From an uncultured Planctomycetaceae bacterium (GTDB taxonomy: Bacteria > Planctomycetota > Planctomycetia > Planctomycetales > Planctomycetaceae): a stretch of DNA of 64,000 nt. A program made the position numbers and the translations under genes. The stretch's first letter is position 1. The number at the start of each line of letters is the position of its first letter. The notes under the pieces are model-generated. The model saw only the letters and a program-made list of their open reading frames with translations, was not told the origin of the DNA and ran no database searches. The stretch spans positions 96,001-160,000 of the forward strand of contig CAWFGE010000014.1 of NCBI GenBank assembly GCA_963815195.1, given 5' to 3'. Positions 27,312 to 37,000 of this stretch are shown here, in pieces.

Positions 27312-28825
27312 ACCGCTGCGCCATCTACACCCGCAAATCGACCGAAGAAGGTTTGGAGCAGGAATTCAATTCGCTCGACGCCCAGCGCGAATCGGGCGAG
27401 GCGTTCATTGCCAGCCAGCAACATGAAGGCTGGGAGTGCCTTCCTGAACACTACGACGACGGCGGATTCACCGGCGGGAACACCGACCGGCCCGCATTAC
27501 AGCGTCTGTTGGCGGACATTGAAGCCGGGCTGATCGACACCGTGGTCGTCTATAAAGTCGATCGTTTGAGCCGTTCGCTGTTGGATTTCGCCCGCATCCT
27601 GCGGACGTTCGAGAAGCACAACGTGTCCTTCGTTTCCGTCACGCAGCAATTCAACACGGCGACGTCGATGGGGCGGTTGATGCTGAATATCCTTTTGTCG
27701 TTCGCTCAATTCGAGCGGGAGATGATCAGCGAACGGACCCGCGACAAAATGGCCGCCGTGCGCCGCAAAGGCAAATGGGCGGGTGGCATGCCGATCCTGG
27801 GCTACGACGTCGAGAAGTCCAAACTGCGAATCAATGCGGACGAGGCCGAGCAGGTGCGGGAGATTTTTCGGCTGTACCTGGAGCACAAGGCCTTGATGCC
27901 CGTCGTCAAGGAATTGAACCGGCGGGGTTGGCAGCGCAAACAATGGACGACTCGCAAAAACACGATCCGCGGCGGCGGGCCGTTCAAAAAAGCCACCGTT
28001 CATGCAGTGCTGACGAATGTCGCCTACATCGGCAAGGTGCGATACAAGGACGAAGTCCACGAAGGCGAGCACCAGGGCATCGTGGACGCCGAGGTGTTCG
28101 AGCAGGTCCACGCGGTCCTGAACCGCAACGCCCGCACCGGGGGGCGGACGATGCAGAACAAGTACGGGGCTTTGCTCCGGGGTCTGTTACGCTGTGCAAC
28201 CTGCGAGTGTGCGATGTCGCACCGCTACACCGCGAAAAAGAAGTCGCTGTATCGCTATTACGTCTGCCGGCAGGCGCAGCAGCAGGGCTGGGAAGCCTGC
28301 CCGACGCCCTCGGTCCCTGCGCCGGAGATCGAGCAGTTCGTGGTCGAGCAGATCAAAGGCATCGGCCGCGATCCGGTCCTGTTGCGCGAGACGTTGGCCC
28401 AGGCCCGCCGCGAGGCCGAAGAGACGATCAAACGGCTCGAAACCGAACGGGCGGGGCTGAAGCGACAGATTCGACGCGACGAAGCCGAGTCGGCCAAGCT
28501 GGGCACCGCTACGGACGCCCATGCCGTGGACCGCTTGGCGGATCTGCAGGATCGCCGTTTCGGCGCGGAACGCCGGCTGACCGAGATCCACGAAGAGCTT
28601 CTGGCGCTTCGCTGCCATTTGGTGGACGAGGCCGAGGTCGAGACGGCACTTCGCGCATTCGATCCGGTTTGGGAATGCCTTTCCCCGAAGGAGCAGAGCC
28701 GGGTTCTGGAACTTTTGATTGAACGCGTCGAGTTCGACGGCGAGAGCGGGCAGGTTTCCATCGTGTTCCATTCCACCGGATTCCACGGGCTAATCCAACG
28801 CTTGGCTGAGGAGGACGACGCATGA
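27308..28825 (+). CDS. Large serine recombinase (resolvase, recombinase and Zn-ribbon domains)
   Basis: CAIYTRKST, DRLSRS, FAQFEREMISER, LRCATC..YRYYVC. Confidence 0.95.
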   Translation: MNRCAIYTRKSTEEGLEQEFNSLDAQRESGEAFIASQQHEGWECLPEHYDDGGFTGGNTDRPALQRLLADIEAGLIDTVVVYKVDRLSRSLLDFARILRTFEKHNVSFVSVTQQFNTATSMGRLMLNILLSFAQFEREMISERTRDKMAAVRRKGKWAGGMPILGYDVEKSKLRINADEAEQVREIFRLYLEHKALMPVVKELNRRGWQRKQWTTRKNTIRGGGPFKKATVHAVLTNVAYIGKVRYKDEVHEGEHQGIVDAEVFEQVHAVLNRNARTGGRTMQNKYGALLRGLLRCATCECAMSHRYTAKKKSLYRYYVCRQAQQQGWEACPTPSVPAPEIEQFVVEQIKGIGRDPVLLRETLAQARREAEETIKRLETERAGLKRQIRRDEAESAKLGTATDAHAVDRLADLQDRRFGAERRLTEIHEELLALRCHLVDEAEVETALRAFDPVWECLSPKEQSRVLELLIERVEFDGESGQVSIVFHSTGFHGLIQRLAEEDDA

Positions 28826-29229
28826 AACCGAAACTTGCTTTCACCCGGAAGTTCCACGTCGAACTCAGTCAGCGCGGCCGCAAGCACCTGCGGGAGCCCG
28901 AACCTAAACGCGACGTGGCCCCACGTGTGCCGCGTGTGGCCAAGCTCGTGGCCTTGGCGATAAGGTTCGAAGGTTTGATTGAGGGCGGCGTGGTGGCCGA
29001 CTACGCGGAACTGGCGCGCCTCGGGCACGTCACGCGGGCCAGGATCACGCAAGTCACCAATCTCCTCAGCCTCGCCCCGGACATCATCGAGGCGATTCTG
29101 TTTCTGCCGGCCGTGCAACGGGGAAAAGATCCGATCACCGAGCGGGATCTGCGGCCGATTGTGGCCGTGGCGGATTGGAAGAAGCAGCGGAGGTTGTGGA
29201 ATCTGTGCACGAGCCGAAAAATCGAATAA
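28822..29229 (+). CDS. Recombinase-associated HTH protein
   Basis: YAELARLGHVTRARITQVTNLLSLAPDIIEAIL; ATGA overlap with the recombinase. Confidence 0.7.
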   Translation: MKPKLAFTRKFHVELSQRGRKHLREPEPKRDVAPRVPRVAKLVALAIRFEGLIEGGVVADYAELARLGHVTRARITQVTNLLSLAPDIIEAILFLPAVQRGKDPITERDLRPIVAVADWKKQRRLWNLCTSRKIE

Positions 29230-29356
29230 TTTCAGGCTCCTGGCAGCTTTCTTGGGGCCTTCTCCGCTGTTGCAGGAGAATTCTAGGGGACGATTTGCTT
29301 TAATTGTCTGAGACAATGGGCAATCCCTAAAACTCCTGACGATAGCTCTCGCACGC

Positions 29357-31425
29357 ATGACGACCGCCACCGAGTACGCGCTACGCGTCCTGAACTTGCT
29401 TCAAATCACATCTGGCACCTTCGAATCTCCAGAACTCGACGAAAAGCGCCAGAATAATGCGGCCAACACCATGATTGCGATTGTGTTAAGCCGGTTGTCT
29501 TCAAATCAGGCCGTGCCGAAACATCTGAAGCACACCCGATACCAGTGGGCCGATGGGGTCATTTCGATAAGAAACACCCGCATTGGAGACCACCATTGGT
29601 CGAACATCAGTAAGAAAACATTAGACGAGTTAAGGCAGTTGGCCGAGAAGGAACCCTTGCTCCAGTTGTTCACATTTTTCGATGTCGATAACAAACGGCT
29701 TCATGTTTGGAGCGTTCCCGAATCAGTCGCCCGTGAGTCGCTGCTGGAGTTGGAGCCCGGCAAAAGCGGTTTACGAAACATTGAAATCTATCCGGGCACG
29801 CACCGGTTCCATAAGGTTCCGGATTCGTACGACCTTTCGCCGTATTATTGTTCGACTCAGCTTACAGACCCAGAATCAAACTGCTTGGCCGAGGCCATTA
29901 AATTGGATCTCGTTGCAAAAGAACAACAGCCCACTTCGGTCGTCCTCTCGATCGACGAAGATGAAGGGACGGAAGCCGAAGCCACGGGGATTGCCTACAC
30001 GAGTTCCACCATCGATTTCCTTCTCGAACTTCCACAGCACGCCACTGATTCGAAGTGGCACAAAGAGAACAAGCGGCGCTATGAGAAGGTGCTCAGAGAG
30101 CCTACCCGCAATTTGGTCGAGGAACTGCGGGATCGTTACATACAAGCGCTAAGCCAAGAGGTCGCAGCAGCAGGAAACCATTTATCGATCTTAAAAAAGA
30201 ATGATTACGGCCAAGGCGGATACCATGACCATTTTTGGTTCGCATTTTACGATCCAGAGGCGGGGAGCAAGATCAAAAGTTGCCAGCTCTTTTTCCGCAT
30301 GTTCGGTGGCGAACAGGTTTGGCGATATGGGTTTTCTATGGGAAACCTCTGCGAGGCCTACATCGCTCGACTAAAGAATGCGATTCAAACGAATCGAGAA
30401 GCCGTTGTGAGGTATGTACGGTCCGCGCCCGAAAATACGATTTTTCGCGAGCATGGGGATAAGAACGACTGGGACTACTCCCGCGAGGAATTTGCAGAGG
30501 CCCTTTCACGGCCACTCACGGACGAGCCACATCCCCTGGATTCCTCGTCGACTTGGTTCAGCGTCATTTGCGAATTCCCACTGGACGAGCTTGTCGACCA
30601 TGCAGAGGAAATCGTCGACGAGGTTGGCCAGTTTTTTGACTGGGTCTGGCCGTTTTTTAAGTCCAGTATCGATGGTCAATGGCCGGTTTCCAAAGGATCG
30701 GAATCGACTGGAAGCGATGTCGAGGTCGACGAAGACTCACCCGAGACCCTTGAGGAGCTCCACGAGCTTTCCTCGTTGCCCATCGACTTTTTAGCAAACT
30801 TGGAAAACGCACTCCTCACGAAGCAGCAGGTTGTGTTAACGGGTCCACCCGGAACCAGCAAAACGTATATCGCCGACCTGTTTGGGCGGTATTTTTCACG
30901 TCAACGGACGGGTCAATCCCAAGGCAAATCCGGAACGTTGTATATGCATGCGAACTGGTCCTACGAAGATTTCTTCGAGGGGCTCAAACCGTCCTCGCAT
31001 AGTGGGTCCCTGGTGTTTGAGTCGAAGAAAGGATTTTTCCTGGAGTGGGTGGTGGGGCTCCGCGAATACGATCCGTCGGCCAGACATGTATTGATTCTCG
31101 ATGAGATCAATCGATGCGACACGGCAGCGGTTCTGGGTGAATTGCTTCAGCTGTTGGAATATCGCGGGCGGCAGGTGCCGCTTCTGTCGGGGTCCAAGTT
31201 TATTTTCCCGAGGAACCTCTACATCATCGGGACGATGAATAGCGCGGACCGATCAATTGGGCGCATGGATTTGGCGTTACGGCGGCGGTTCTTGTGGATA
31301 GAGCTTCTTCCCCGTCCCGATGTGCTTCAAAAATGGCTCGATCGACGGGGGAATAACCCCGTGGGATTCTCTGCGGACTCTCTGCGCCAATGCAACCTGA
31401 TTCTTGAAGAAATGGGCATACCCCC
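29357..31425 (+). pseudogene. McrB-family AAA+ GTPase truncated by IS21
   Basis: GPPGTSKT, SYEDFFEG, ILDEINR, GTMNSADRS, ALRRRF; the frame runs into the IS end at 31426; no mcrC in the window. Confidence 0.85.
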
Positions 31426-31451
31426 TGTTCGGCGACGATTGGTTTTCCACT

Positions 31452-33863
31452 TTAGCGGCGATTAGAATTTCTGCCGAGTCGGTGAATTAAGGCTCCGAAA
31501 GTGCCTGTGAGTCTTTGCCAGATTTGGCTTCTTTTGCCGTTTCCACGCGGTAGCTGGGGACGTTCAATTCCAGGATTACGCTGTGGTGGACTAGGCGGTC
31601 GATGGCCGCGGCGGTCGTCATCGCGTCCTTGAAGATTTGGTCCCACTTGCTGAAGGCCAGGTTGCTCGTCAAGAGCACGCTGCCGCGTTCGTAGCGTTCG
31701 GCCAACAGCGTAAACAGCACTTCCATCTCCTCGCGACTTTGCTGCACATAGCCCAAGTCGTCGATGATCAAGCCCTCGAAACTCTCCAGTTGTTTGATCA
31801 GTTTGGGCAACCGCAAATCGCGTTTGGCAATTAGCAGTTGTTGCACCAACAGGCTGCACGTCGTGAACAGCAAGCTGCGGCCTTTTTGAATGAGTTGCTC
31901 CGAGAGACCGCACAAAGCGTGACTTTTTCCAGAGCCCGGCCTCCCAAAAATCAGCAAGTTTTCGCGGCGATCCAAGAAGGTTCCGTCGCGGAGCGTTTCC
32001 ATTTGCCGCGTCACCGTGAGTGGAAGGCGGTTCCACTCGAACGAGGCCCACGTTTTGCCCATCGGCAATTTCGAGCGCGTGAAGAGCCGCCTGATCCGGC
32101 TCTCCCGCCGCGCTTCGCATTCCAGCGTCGTCAGTTCCGAAAGATACTCCAAGTGCGTTTGGTTCTCCCGCGCCGCTTGATCCGCCATCGGGCCGAAATG
32201 ATCCCGAAAGCTCGGCAAGCGAAGTTCCCGAAACTGTTCCGTCAGCGGCCTGGTCAGGTCCGGTTTTGGGGGATGCGGCGTTCTCGCTGGGGAACTCGCC
32301 GGGCGCGGTTTTCGCGGGGAGGTTTTCTTTGGACTCTGAGATTTTTTCCGGTTCTTGTTCGTAGTCATCAAACGGACTCTCCATGTCAGGGTGATCAAGC
32401 AAACAATCAAACTCCGAGAGCGACGGCGGTTCCACGTCCACGTCCGTGGCTAAGGGAATCTCCGCCGCTTTCGACACCAACAAGCGAATCGACTCGACAT
32501 CAATCGACTCGCCCGATTGGATTTTCAAACGCAGCACTTCATGCACGGCGTCTTGACTTTCGTGGGCCGCCAACTCCAACAGTTTGAGATAGGTTTTGTC
32601 GGCCACTTTTTGCGAATGCGTTTCCAACAGCCGATCATAGGCCATCCGAAAATAGCTCGTCGGAAACAGCTCCTCGCGATACTTGTAATTCTCGAACGCC
32701 CCCGGTTTTCGGACCAAAGAATCAATCACATGCCGATAGTTGATCGAGGCTCCGCCGCTGCCGATCAAACGCGGCATGCGTTGAATGAAAACGCCTTGGT
32801 GCGTGACCTCGATGTATTCGGCACTCATCTGGACATCCACCTTTTGGCCGATCAATCGGCTGGGCACCGAGTAGCGGTTGGTTCGCACGCGAATCGTGCT
32901 GCTCTTCGCCACGCGAATGCCTTGAAGCCTTTCATCCGTATCCAGCCGATGATCCGGCAGGCGGGCCAAAAACTCTTGCTCAAAGGCAAAGCGTTTTTGA
33001 CGATGTTGATTCGTCTTGGCCATCAGGGCTTCCAGGAAACTCACATAGTCTTCGCGGCTGGAAAAATCCCGGCTGCCGCGCAGAAGCAGGGCTTGATCCA
33101 CCCGGTGTTTGAGATGGCCGTTCGAGGATTCCACATCGCCGTTTTCATTGGCGCAACGGGCGTTGGTTTTCTCCGGCTGACTGCCGTAGTGATCCATCAA
33201 CGCCTGGTAGCGTGCGGTATGCGTCTTGCGATCCGAATGGTTGTTGACCGCCGCGCTCAAACTGTCGGTGCGATGCCGCTTCGGCACGCCGCCGAACTCC
33301 CAAAAGGCTTTCTGAATCCCCGCGCTCAAAGCCTCAAACGATTCGGAAAAACAGAGCGAAACCGACTCCACGTTCGAGTAGGTCAGCACGCAATGAAACA
33401 GCGTATGATCGAAACGCTGCCCGGCGATCTTCACGCCCAGATCGTTCATCACCGTGAAATCGCTGGCCGCCAACCGGCCCGGATGGTGCACCTGCTCGAA
33501 CATCACCGGCTTTCCCGGCCCCGAAAGGCTTCGCCATTTCGCCACCCGCCGCTCAAAAGTTCGCCGGGTGGAATTGGGAAACTGCCCCGAGTATTTCTCC
33601 TGGAGCCATTCAAAGAGCGTCTTGGCTTTGAGGCGCGGTTCCGCTTCCAAGCGGGCTTGGACTTCGTCCCACACCCTCTCAAAGGGATCGACGCGTGTTC
33701 GGTACTCCCGGGGCTTTTTCCGCTCCGAGGGCAACCGCCCGTCATCCCGGTACTTCCGCCCGGTTTTTTCATCCATGCCACTCATCCTTGCCGAGGCAGC
33801 GAGAGAGAGTCCCTTGTCGAGCAATCGCCGCAGTTCCAAAACTTGTCCATTGGTGATCATCAC
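31452..33863 (-). CDS. istA: IS21 transposase IstA (frame stays open across all of istB)
   Basis: N-terminal HTH, DDE-region motifs ASDFT, RTDS, GDVES, NRYSVP. Confidence 0.9.
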   Translation of the reverse strand: MMITNGQVLELRRLLDKGLSLAASARMSGMDEKTGRKYRDDGRLPSERKKPREYRTRVDPFERVWDEVQARLEAEPRLKAKTLFEWLQEKYSGQFPNSTRRTFERRVAKWRSLSGPGKPVMFEQVHHPGRLAASDFTVMNDLGVKIAGQRFDHTLFHCVLTYSNVESVSLCFSESFEALSAGIQKAFWEFGGVPKRHRTDSLSAAVNNHSDRKTHTARYQALMDHYGSQPEKTNARCANENGDVESSNGHLKHRVDQALLLRGSRDFSSREDYVSFLEALMAKTNQHRQKRFAFEQEFLARLPDHRLDTDERLQGIRVAKSSTIRVRTNRYSVPSRLIGQKVDVQMSAEYIEVTHQGVFIQRMPRLIGSGGASINYRHVIDSLVRKPGAFENYKYREELFPTSYFRMAYDRLLETHSQKVADKTYLKLLELAAHESQDAVHEVLRLKIQSGESIDVESIRLLVSKAAEIPLATDVDVEPPSLSEFDCLLDHPDMESPFDDYEQEPEKISESKENLPAKTAPGEFPSENAASPKTGPDQAADGTVSGTSLAELSGSFRPDGGSSGAGEPNALGVSFGTDDAGMRSAAGEPDQAALHALEIADGQNVGLVRVEPPSTHGDAANGNAPRRNLLGSPRKLADFWEAGLWKKSRFVRSLGATHSKRPQLAVHDVQPVGATTANCQTRFAVAQTDQTTGEFRGLDHRRLGLCAAKSRGDGSAVYAVGRTLRTRQRALDEQPGLQQVGPNLQGRDDDRRGHRPPSPPQRNPGIERPQLPRGNGKRSQIWQRLTGTFGALIHRLGRNSNRR
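31487..32368 (-). CDS. istB: IS21 helper ATPase IstB
   Basis: GRPGSGKSH, LIIDDLGY, AAIDRLVHH. Confidence 0.95.
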   Translation of the reverse strand: MTTNKNRKKSQSPKKTSPRKPRPASSPARTPHPPKPDLTRPLTEQFRELRLPSFRDHFGPMADQAARENQTHLEYLSELTTLECEARRESRIRRLFTRSKLPMGKTWASFEWNRLPLTVTRQMETLRDGTFLDRRENLLIFGRPGSGKSHALCGLSEQLIQKGRSLLFTTCSLLVQQLLIAKRDLRLPKLIKQLESFEGLIIDDLGYVQQSREEMEVLFTLLAERYERGSVLLTSNLAFSKWDQIFKDAMTTAAAIDRLVHHSVILELNVPSYRVETAKEAKSGKDSQALSEP

Positions 33864-34058
33864 AACCTCCGTGAAAACGAGAAGCTGCCATGATGACCTG
33901 AACGGAACCTCCAGGGAAATCTAATTGTCGCTGAAAGAAGAATTGCGAGCAGAGAACCCGCGGAAATTCACACCAAACCCGGAAATCCAATCGCCGCCAA
34001 ACGGGAAAAGTAGTTGTCGTTAGACACGCAGTTCAGCAGTGCATCGCTCGCCTCGATG

Positions 34059-37000
34059 CTATTCGCTTTTTTCCTCGCTGACACCACCTTCAACGCCTGA
34101 TAGTTCTTCCAGGTCCGTATTTTTGAAATGAGGACCAATCAACCGAGACACAGTGGCCGAAATCGAACGAACTCGGCCGGCCACCCACGGTTCCGAATGT
34201 GGTGCCATCTCCTGCATATTCGCACGCCAAGTACTGACCGCACTTACCCATTCGGTCCATCGTCCGGACTCGGCGAGCCGCTGCACCGCACTTCCGGCAC
34301 CCGCGTTGACCGACATCTGCAGAACACGCATTGCCAGGAGGCGAACCCTTTCAGGATCACTGAGCCCCTCGATGGCATATGTGAGCAGGTGTGGAAGGCG
34401 AATGGACCAATTGGCGATCTGATGCTGCTGGAACTCAGCGCACGCCTCTAAGAGCGGGTCCACGACAATCTCAGATGCACTTGCCAGAAACTCCACCACA
34501 TCATCCGTCTGTTCCAACCACTTCGCGAACGTCTCATCGTATGCTGTCGTCGAATTGACGAGGTCCTTCAATGCGAGAGCGAGCAAATGTTGTACGTGCG
34601 GAGGGAGTTGAGAGAACCGATCGAGATAAGATGCAACCTGTTTAGGGTCCGACAGTTCTTTGCGAAAGGCTAGTAGACCGACGAGTTGCTCACTGACTTC
34701 GTGCGGCCCGTACCCTTCAACGGTACAGAGAAATTCCAGCCCTTCATTCTCCTGAAAAGCAAATGGAACTTCTGCATCGCCCCAGGGCTGTGCAAGATGG
34801 CTTGTCACGAGATAGCTGTGAAGCATGTTTGCAATGGTTTGCTGGACCGCGTTTGGAATTCCCGGTAGCTGCGGTAAGGATTCTGCAGCCAAACCCAGAT
34901 TTGTTAGAAGAGACATGGCCCACACGGACTGTAATTGGAGTGTCGCGTACCTCATCGGTGAAGGGATAACCGGAGAGCGGGCAACGGTCCACCGAAAATA
35001 GGCGGACCGCCAATGCGGCAGCACAATTTCTCGCAATGCCCATTCCGCATTCCTCTCACTTTTTCCCAAGAGTTCTCCAACCTTCGCCGCAAGCCACCAC
35101 GCATAACAGGCAATGGCTTCCCCGTGCTGAGTGGGGTGAATTGCTTCGATGTGATAAGCAAAATGCGATGCCAGTTCGCAGGATAGTCGCCAACGTGCAC
35201 TGGTTTGCGGCAACTCCTTGGCAGTGTCATCCGGGTTCAGGATGTTGGACGCTTCGCTCCAGAATTGCTCCCACTCGTCGACTGGCCGCACCTGCGGGAC
35301 GTGCAAGGCGACTGTAACGGCATGATAGCGTGCAATAGGGTTGATTTGTCGCTCGGCCCATTTCCACACGTCTGCCCAACTCACTTTGTTATCCTGGTGC
35401 GCGGATATCCATAAGGTTACAAGCCGAGCAGCGCTGAGATCGTTCGACAGCGGGACATACCCGCAACGCTGCAAGTAGCCTGTGAGTGCATCATCAAGGG
35501 CCGGGTGTTTCGCGAGATCCTGAATCCAGGAAATGATCTCCTGCCGCTGCTCGGAGGGGTGCCATACATGTGGCCGATAATTGACCAGAGTCTCAAAACT
35601 GGGGTTCATCACTTCGCCGACGTAATGGTTTATCCCCTCCTTGTAGTTTGCAGCCAAGCATTGACGAAGACAGGTTTGGATACCGAATAGATCAATCCGT
35701 ACCGTTTCGGCTGCGGTGGTCGCCGCACCTCGCCATCTATCCTCTTCCATTGAGGCAATATCAGCGTACGCGTCCTTCAAAATATTTAAGGTGTGTGACG
35801 TCAGCCACGGGTATTCCGACTCTCCTGCGGCGATCAGGTAGACGAGCGCGGCCCGGCGTAACTCAGCCTCTGGGCGAAACAGAAGACTGTCTACTTCGAT
35901 GACAGATACGCTTTCTTCCTCAGGAATAAAGACGAGTCCCCCTGGTCCACCGAGGTTCTGCGTGGATTGACTTGCTTCGCGCAGCATGTCAGCAAGGCCC
36001 TCAGGAAGGGGAGGCGGCGTGGCGTCTTCCAATAAACCGAGGGCCTTGAACCGCGAAAATGCCAGTGCGTCGAGTCGACCTTCCTTGAGGTGGAACAGCG
36101 TATTTTGCATCATCAGGTTGCAGAATGCCATTTCACCTTCCGGCTCGACTCCAAGCGTATCTTCTTTATCCATCAACACTTTGATGGCGTTGGCCGCTTC
36201 AGCTAAATACTGATCTTCACTAATCCCAAGAGCCTCGGCTAGGGTCCGCAGGGCTCGATTTGCACGGCCCCGGTCATGAATGCTCGTGAATTGGACCATC
36301 GCCATGCTTAAAACAGAGAGTCGCTCCCTCTGGGCAATATTGTAGCCGATTTGGTTGTACCATAGCCCTCGAGGGCAAGAGGGGATCAGCTCCTCTCCAA
36401 CCCACATCGTCAGAACTACACAGGCTTCCTCAGAGAATTTTCCGTCACTCCAAACCTTAGCGAGAAACGAGGCTGTGGAATTCATCCAGGCGGTTACGTA
36501 TTTGATTGCCATCGGCATCGGTGGATCGGACTGCTCTGGGCCACAGTGTAGGCCGGGATCTCGCAATGAGTCATGCAGATAGAAGGCAGCGTCGAGCAGG
36601 GCGGGTCCCGGTAAATTCTCTGCGGACTCTTCAGCCCACGCATAGAGGATCTCCGACGACGGTACCAGGAACCGATACCGCCATTTCATCAACTGGTGAA
36701 AATCCCGAGCAGCGGAAACTGCATCATACGTTCCACATCTCTGCATACCGAGTACCACACAATCGGACCCACAGGCGAGAAGAGGGCCGTTCGTCTCATC
36801 GTGGGACGCTAGAACTTGGAGAACACGATCATCGGCAAGAAGTGGATATCTGAGGTGTTGCGCAAGGCGGATCGAGTCGAGGAAGAGTACATCGTCCTCC
36901 TCTGTATCCGGGTTCTCACTCGGCTCTGGAGGTGCCGGTAGAGGTTTCCAACTGATCTTGCCACGGTCAGCCAAGTCAGTAACAGTCTGCCACAGTTCGT

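Larger units (their letters stand above)
31426..34026 (-). mobile_element. IS21-family element copy 2 (apparently complete, about 2.6 kb)
   Basis: Ends TGTTCGGCGACGATTGGTTTTCC and GGGAAAAGTAGTTGTCGTTAGACA; internal sub-terminal repeats near 33914 and 33981; no target-site duplication. Confidence 0.92.

Noticed and set aside
11906..34026. Functional composite transposon bounded by the two IS21 copies
   Set aside because: Outer flanks show no target duplication, the copies are diverged and copy 1 is truncated
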